Origin: Cyanophora paradoxa CCMP329
Lineage: Eukaryota; Plantae; Glaucophyta
Reading direction: 5' to 3'
Length of the DNA stretch: 64,000 nucleotides
NCBI GenBank assembly: GCA_004431415.1
Contig: QPMI01000560.1
Coordinates: 248,001 to 312,000, forward strand
A program made the translations under genes and the position numbers. Positions within the stretch are counted from its first letter, which is position 1; each line of letters opens with the position of its first letter. This document shows positions 60,454 to 64,000 of the stretch, piece after piece. The notes under the pieces are model-generated. The model was not told the origin of the DNA. It searched no databases and was given only the letters and a program-made list of their open reading frames with translations.

Positions 60454-61349
60454 CTGGCCCGCAGCTGGCCCAGGCGCGCGCCCCCCGCGCCGGGGCTCCC
60501 CGTGGACAGTGTACAGCCCTGTACGAAGGCTAGGCTGCAGGCATGCGATCCTTTCTCTCGTTTCGAAGACTCGGTGTACAGCCTCGTGGGTCTTCGTGGG
60601 TCCCTCGTAGTTGCTTAACTTCGAATTCCGGAACATGTTTCAAGTTCGCAGACTAGGCTCCTCAAGTTCGCTGCATTCTGCGATCCTTTCAGCTTCGCTG
60701 CATTTTGAAGGGTAGCTATAGGCTGCAGACACTGTGACATGCGATCCTTTCGGAAACAGAGTGATCACAACTGGCAATCTGGCGGCCTCGGGGCTTGGCA
60801 CCGTGGCACTGCGGCAGTGTGAGAAGCGGAAGCACTGCGGCACCTCCGGACCTCGTTGCCACTGGGCCCCGCCACTCAGTGACTGGGCCAGGCTGAGGCT
60901 TGAACTCCGAGGCTCAGCCGCTGAGCGGCTCGGAAACTCTGAGCCTCATGATCTGCCTGGCTTCGAATTCGAAGCCCTAATTTGCCTGGCCATGGCTTCG
61001 CCCCGGCGGACTCATGCCCAGCGGCTCAGTGGAGTCGACGTCCTGACTCCTGACCACAAGGCCTCACTGACTCTGAGGCTGAGTCAGCCTGGCGGGGCCT
61101 TTCAAGTATGAAGTTTTGAATCTAAACTTGAAAATTTCCTGCCAGGCCGAGCTCCCTCCCCGGCCCCTTCGAATTCCATCCGCTTAGACTTCGACTAGTA
61201 CTGGAACCTCAAATAAATGTCGATGCGAATATCTTCTGCACATCATCGGCATAACATACTCCAACAGGAAAAGGAGTGGACATGGGCGAAGGGACGCCGG
61301 GAGGGGAAGGGATGAGCGGCAGGGCGTGGGGCCGGGAAGAAACGATCGC

Positions 61350-64000
61350 TCAGTCGTCGTCGTCGAAGGCGATGGGGTTCGAGGCCGAGCCCGCTGCGGG
61401 GGGTACACGTGAGCTGAAGGCGCCAGGGAGGGGGAGGGGGGTGCGCACCCGGGGGCAGCCCAGGACCAGCGGGGCCGGGGGCGGGGCCGGCTGGAGGCGC
61501 GGGGGGGCCCTGCCGCCCCTGCCGGCGCTGCGCGTTGGCCCACAGGACGGGTATCGTGTACGTCGCCGCCTGGCTCGGCCCGTGCGGGGCCGGCGGCGGG
61601 GCCGGCAGGGCGGGGACCGCCGGCGCCCCCTCCGCCCCGCCCTCCACCGGCAGCACGCACGGCCGCACTGCGCGCGCCGGCGTCAACGTCGACAAAGGGA
61701 GGGGGGCGGGGCGGGGGGACCGGCGGGGCCTGGGCGTCGGGGGCGGCGTCGGGCTCGCGGGGGCGCTTGGCGCGGCCGGGGCGGGCCCCCGAGCCCGAGG
61801 AGGAGGCGGCCGAGGAGGAGGCGCCCCGGGGCGAGACCAGCGCCTCCACTGGCGCCCGGGGGGCTCAAGGGGCGGGAGGGGAAAGCGAGGACGGGCGGGG
61901 CGTGGGGGCGCACGGAGGGAGGAGCGGGAGCGGTCGAGGGCGCCGAGGCGGCCGCGCTCCTTGCGGAGGCGCGAGAGCTCCATGGAACGGTTCCGCAGCA
62001 CGCCCCGCTTCCCGTAGTACATCGCGCAGGGGCGGCACACCTCCAGCCGCCCCGCCACCACCCGCCCCGCGCCCCCGCCCGCCTGCACCTCGATCGCCAG
62101 CAGCCGCCCCGCCGGCCACGGCCGCCCGCACGCCGCGTTCTGGCACTTGCAGAGCCCCGCCTGCTCGCTGCACGGGCGCCGTCAGCGACCGTTGAGGGCG
62201 CCGGCGCGCCGGGCTCGCGGGGGGTACCCGTCCTCGGACTCGTCGTCGGGCTCGTGGGTGGGGGCCCACGCCTCGTCGGGGTACGCGGCGCGCAGCTCGG
62301 CGAAGAGGCGCCGGTGCCGCGCCCGCTCCTCCCCCGCCTCGGGGGCGCGGGGCCGGCGGCCTCCGCCTCCGCCTCGGCCGCCGCCTCGCCGGCCTCCAGC
62401 GCGGCGGCGACGGCGACGCACTGCCGCACGTTCCGGTAGAAGAGCTCCGGCTGCGAGGGGGGGTACGGGATCAGGAGGGGGAGGGGAGGGGAGGGGGTAC
62501 AGGTCGGGGCACCTGGATGATCTCGCGGAGCTCGGCGTAGTGGCCGCTGTTGTACTTCTTGAGGCGCCCGAAGGCCTCCGACACCACCCCGGCCAGCCGC
62601 CCCTGCGCGGCCCGCCTCGCGCGGGGGCCGGGGCGGGGCGGGGCGGCGGGCGGGGGCGGGGCGGGCGGGCCTGGAACCACTTGGCCTCCTCCTGGGCCAT
62701 GTGGCGGAGCATCCCGCGCACTCGTCCCCGAGCTCGGCGGCCGCGGGGGCGAGGGCGCGCCCCAGGGCCTCGAGGCGGGCCTCGCCGCGGGGCTGGGCGA
62801 GGGCCTCGGCGGCGGCGCGGGCGAGGCGCGGGGCGAGCTCGGCGGCGAAGAGGTCGCGCAGCTCGGCGACGGCGGGGCCGAGGCGGGCGGCCGCCTCCCG
62901 CACGGCGCGCTCCATGTCGCCCTTGAGGCGCCGGTGCTCGAAGGAGAGGAGGATGGGGCCCAGGCGCACCTCCAGCCCCGCCCCCCCCAGCGTCTCCCGC
63001 TCCCGGCCCCCGCCCGGGCCCCCCTCCTCCTCCCGCGCGAAGTGGAAGCACAGCTGCCGCGCCGCTGAGGGGGGAAGGGGAAGAGGGGGGGGGTACGGGG
63101 CGCTACCTCGCGGTAGCGGTCGCGCCAGGTGCGGCGGTAGATGTGGCGGAGCTCGGCGGCGACACCCGCGGCGGCCTCCTCGGGGAAGAAGGCCATCAGC
63201 GGCCCGAAGAGCGCCTCGGCGACCCGCGGCTCGGGCTCGCCGCCCCGCCGCGTGCACGCCAGCAGCGCCGACCCCAGCTCCCGCTCGCTCGCCAGCAGCT
63301 CGCGGTGCCGGCCCCGCAGCGCCTCCAGCATGTGCTGGGGCGTGCACGCCGCCGCCCGCTCCTGGATGTGCGCCGTGGCCTCGGCGACGCGGGCGCGCAG
63401 GGCGGGGTCCTTGTCGGCGTCGTCCAGGGTGAGGGCCTTCTGGATGGCCTTGGCCTTGGCGCCGCGGCGGCGGAGGGCGCGCTCGGCCTCGGCGAGGGCG
63501 CGGCGGGCCTCCTCGCTGCCCCGCTCCCCGCTCTGGAGGATCTCCCCCGCCTTGAACATCTGGTGGGAGAGGATGGCGAAGGGCGCCAGGCACTCCGACG
63601 CGAGGCGGGCGGCGAGCTCGGCGCGGCGCTCGCGGAGGCGGGCGGCGTGGCGGGCGGCGACGTCCCCCGCGAGGGCCCCGAGGCCGTAGAGCTCGTCGGA
63701 GCGGAGGCCGGAGAGGACGCAGGCCGTGCGGAAGCGCAGCAGGCCCGCCTCGTCCGTCGCCCGCTGCCGCCCCAGCCGCCCCCGCTCCGCCGCCCGCCAC
63801 GCCTCCATGTCCCCCGCCTCCTCCCCGCCGCCCTCCCCCTCCTCGTCCATCCTCTCCAGCGCCGGCACCAGCTGTGCCCCGCCGCCCGCTCAGAAGAGAG
63901 GGGAGAAGAGAGGAGAGAAAGTGCGGGGAGGGGCGGGCGGACGCGGCGCTCGAGGGCGGCGAGCTGGGCGTTGTTGAGGCGCTCGTCGGGCTTGAGGTTG
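61350..64000 (-). CDS. 5'-truncated protein with an atypical GATA-like zinc finger
   Basis: Helical exons followed by CQNAAC-x30-CRPCAMYYGKRGVLR; probable end PIAFDDDD*. The gene continues beyond the window. Confidence 0.6.

Noticed and set aside
1-64000. Hundreds of long Arg/Pro/Ala/Gly-rich ORFs and antisense overlapping ORFs in the track
   Set aside because: Expected from very high GC and stop-poor introns. They lack motifs and overlap spliced genes in other frames.
1-64000. CRISPR array, intact transposon, rRNA or altered genetic code
   Set aside because: No spaced direct repeats, transposase, reverse transcriptase or rRNA signatures. Conserved genes translate cleanly with the standard code and end in TAG or TGA.

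Overview
This is GC-rich, intron-dense eukaryotic nuclear DNA, not prokaryotic, so most long ORFs in the supplied track are GC artefacts and the real genes had to be spliced by hand. The source is probably a glaucophyte alga of the Cyanophora type. That is an inference from a plastid transit peptide starting MSAF, plant-type L-galactose dehydrogenase, arogenate/prephenate dehydratase and an A_thal_3526 domain, alongside Arp2/3 and many 50-90 nt introns. The window holds about 25 tightly packed protein genes and one tRNA-Phe. Recognisable genes: inositol polyphosphate kinase, Ind1/NUBPL, a TPR protein, RBBP6/Mpe1, ARPC2, SNAPC1, ADT/PDT, an A_thal_3526 protein, Tom7, exportin-6, an LRR protein, MRM2/RlmE, L-GalDH, DPAGT1, citrate synthase, a LolD/MacB-type ABC ATPase and a GATA-like finger protein. 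Main discoveries: (1) a spliced 53-aa Tom7-like gene absent from the ORF track ends 35 nt before the exportin-6 AUG with no AUG in between, suggesting a bicistronic mRNA read by leaky scanning; (2) two unknown genes about 33 kb apart are paralogues, sharing a ~70-aa domain, an intron position, a UIM and a C-terminal LDxLxxLCL motif; (3) splice donors follow G(T/C)(G/C)CGC with very frequent GC-AG introns; (4) the dehydratase has substitutions at conserved active-site motifs. CDS coordinates are gene spans (start codon to stop codon, introns included). All homology calls come from remembered motifs, not database searches.
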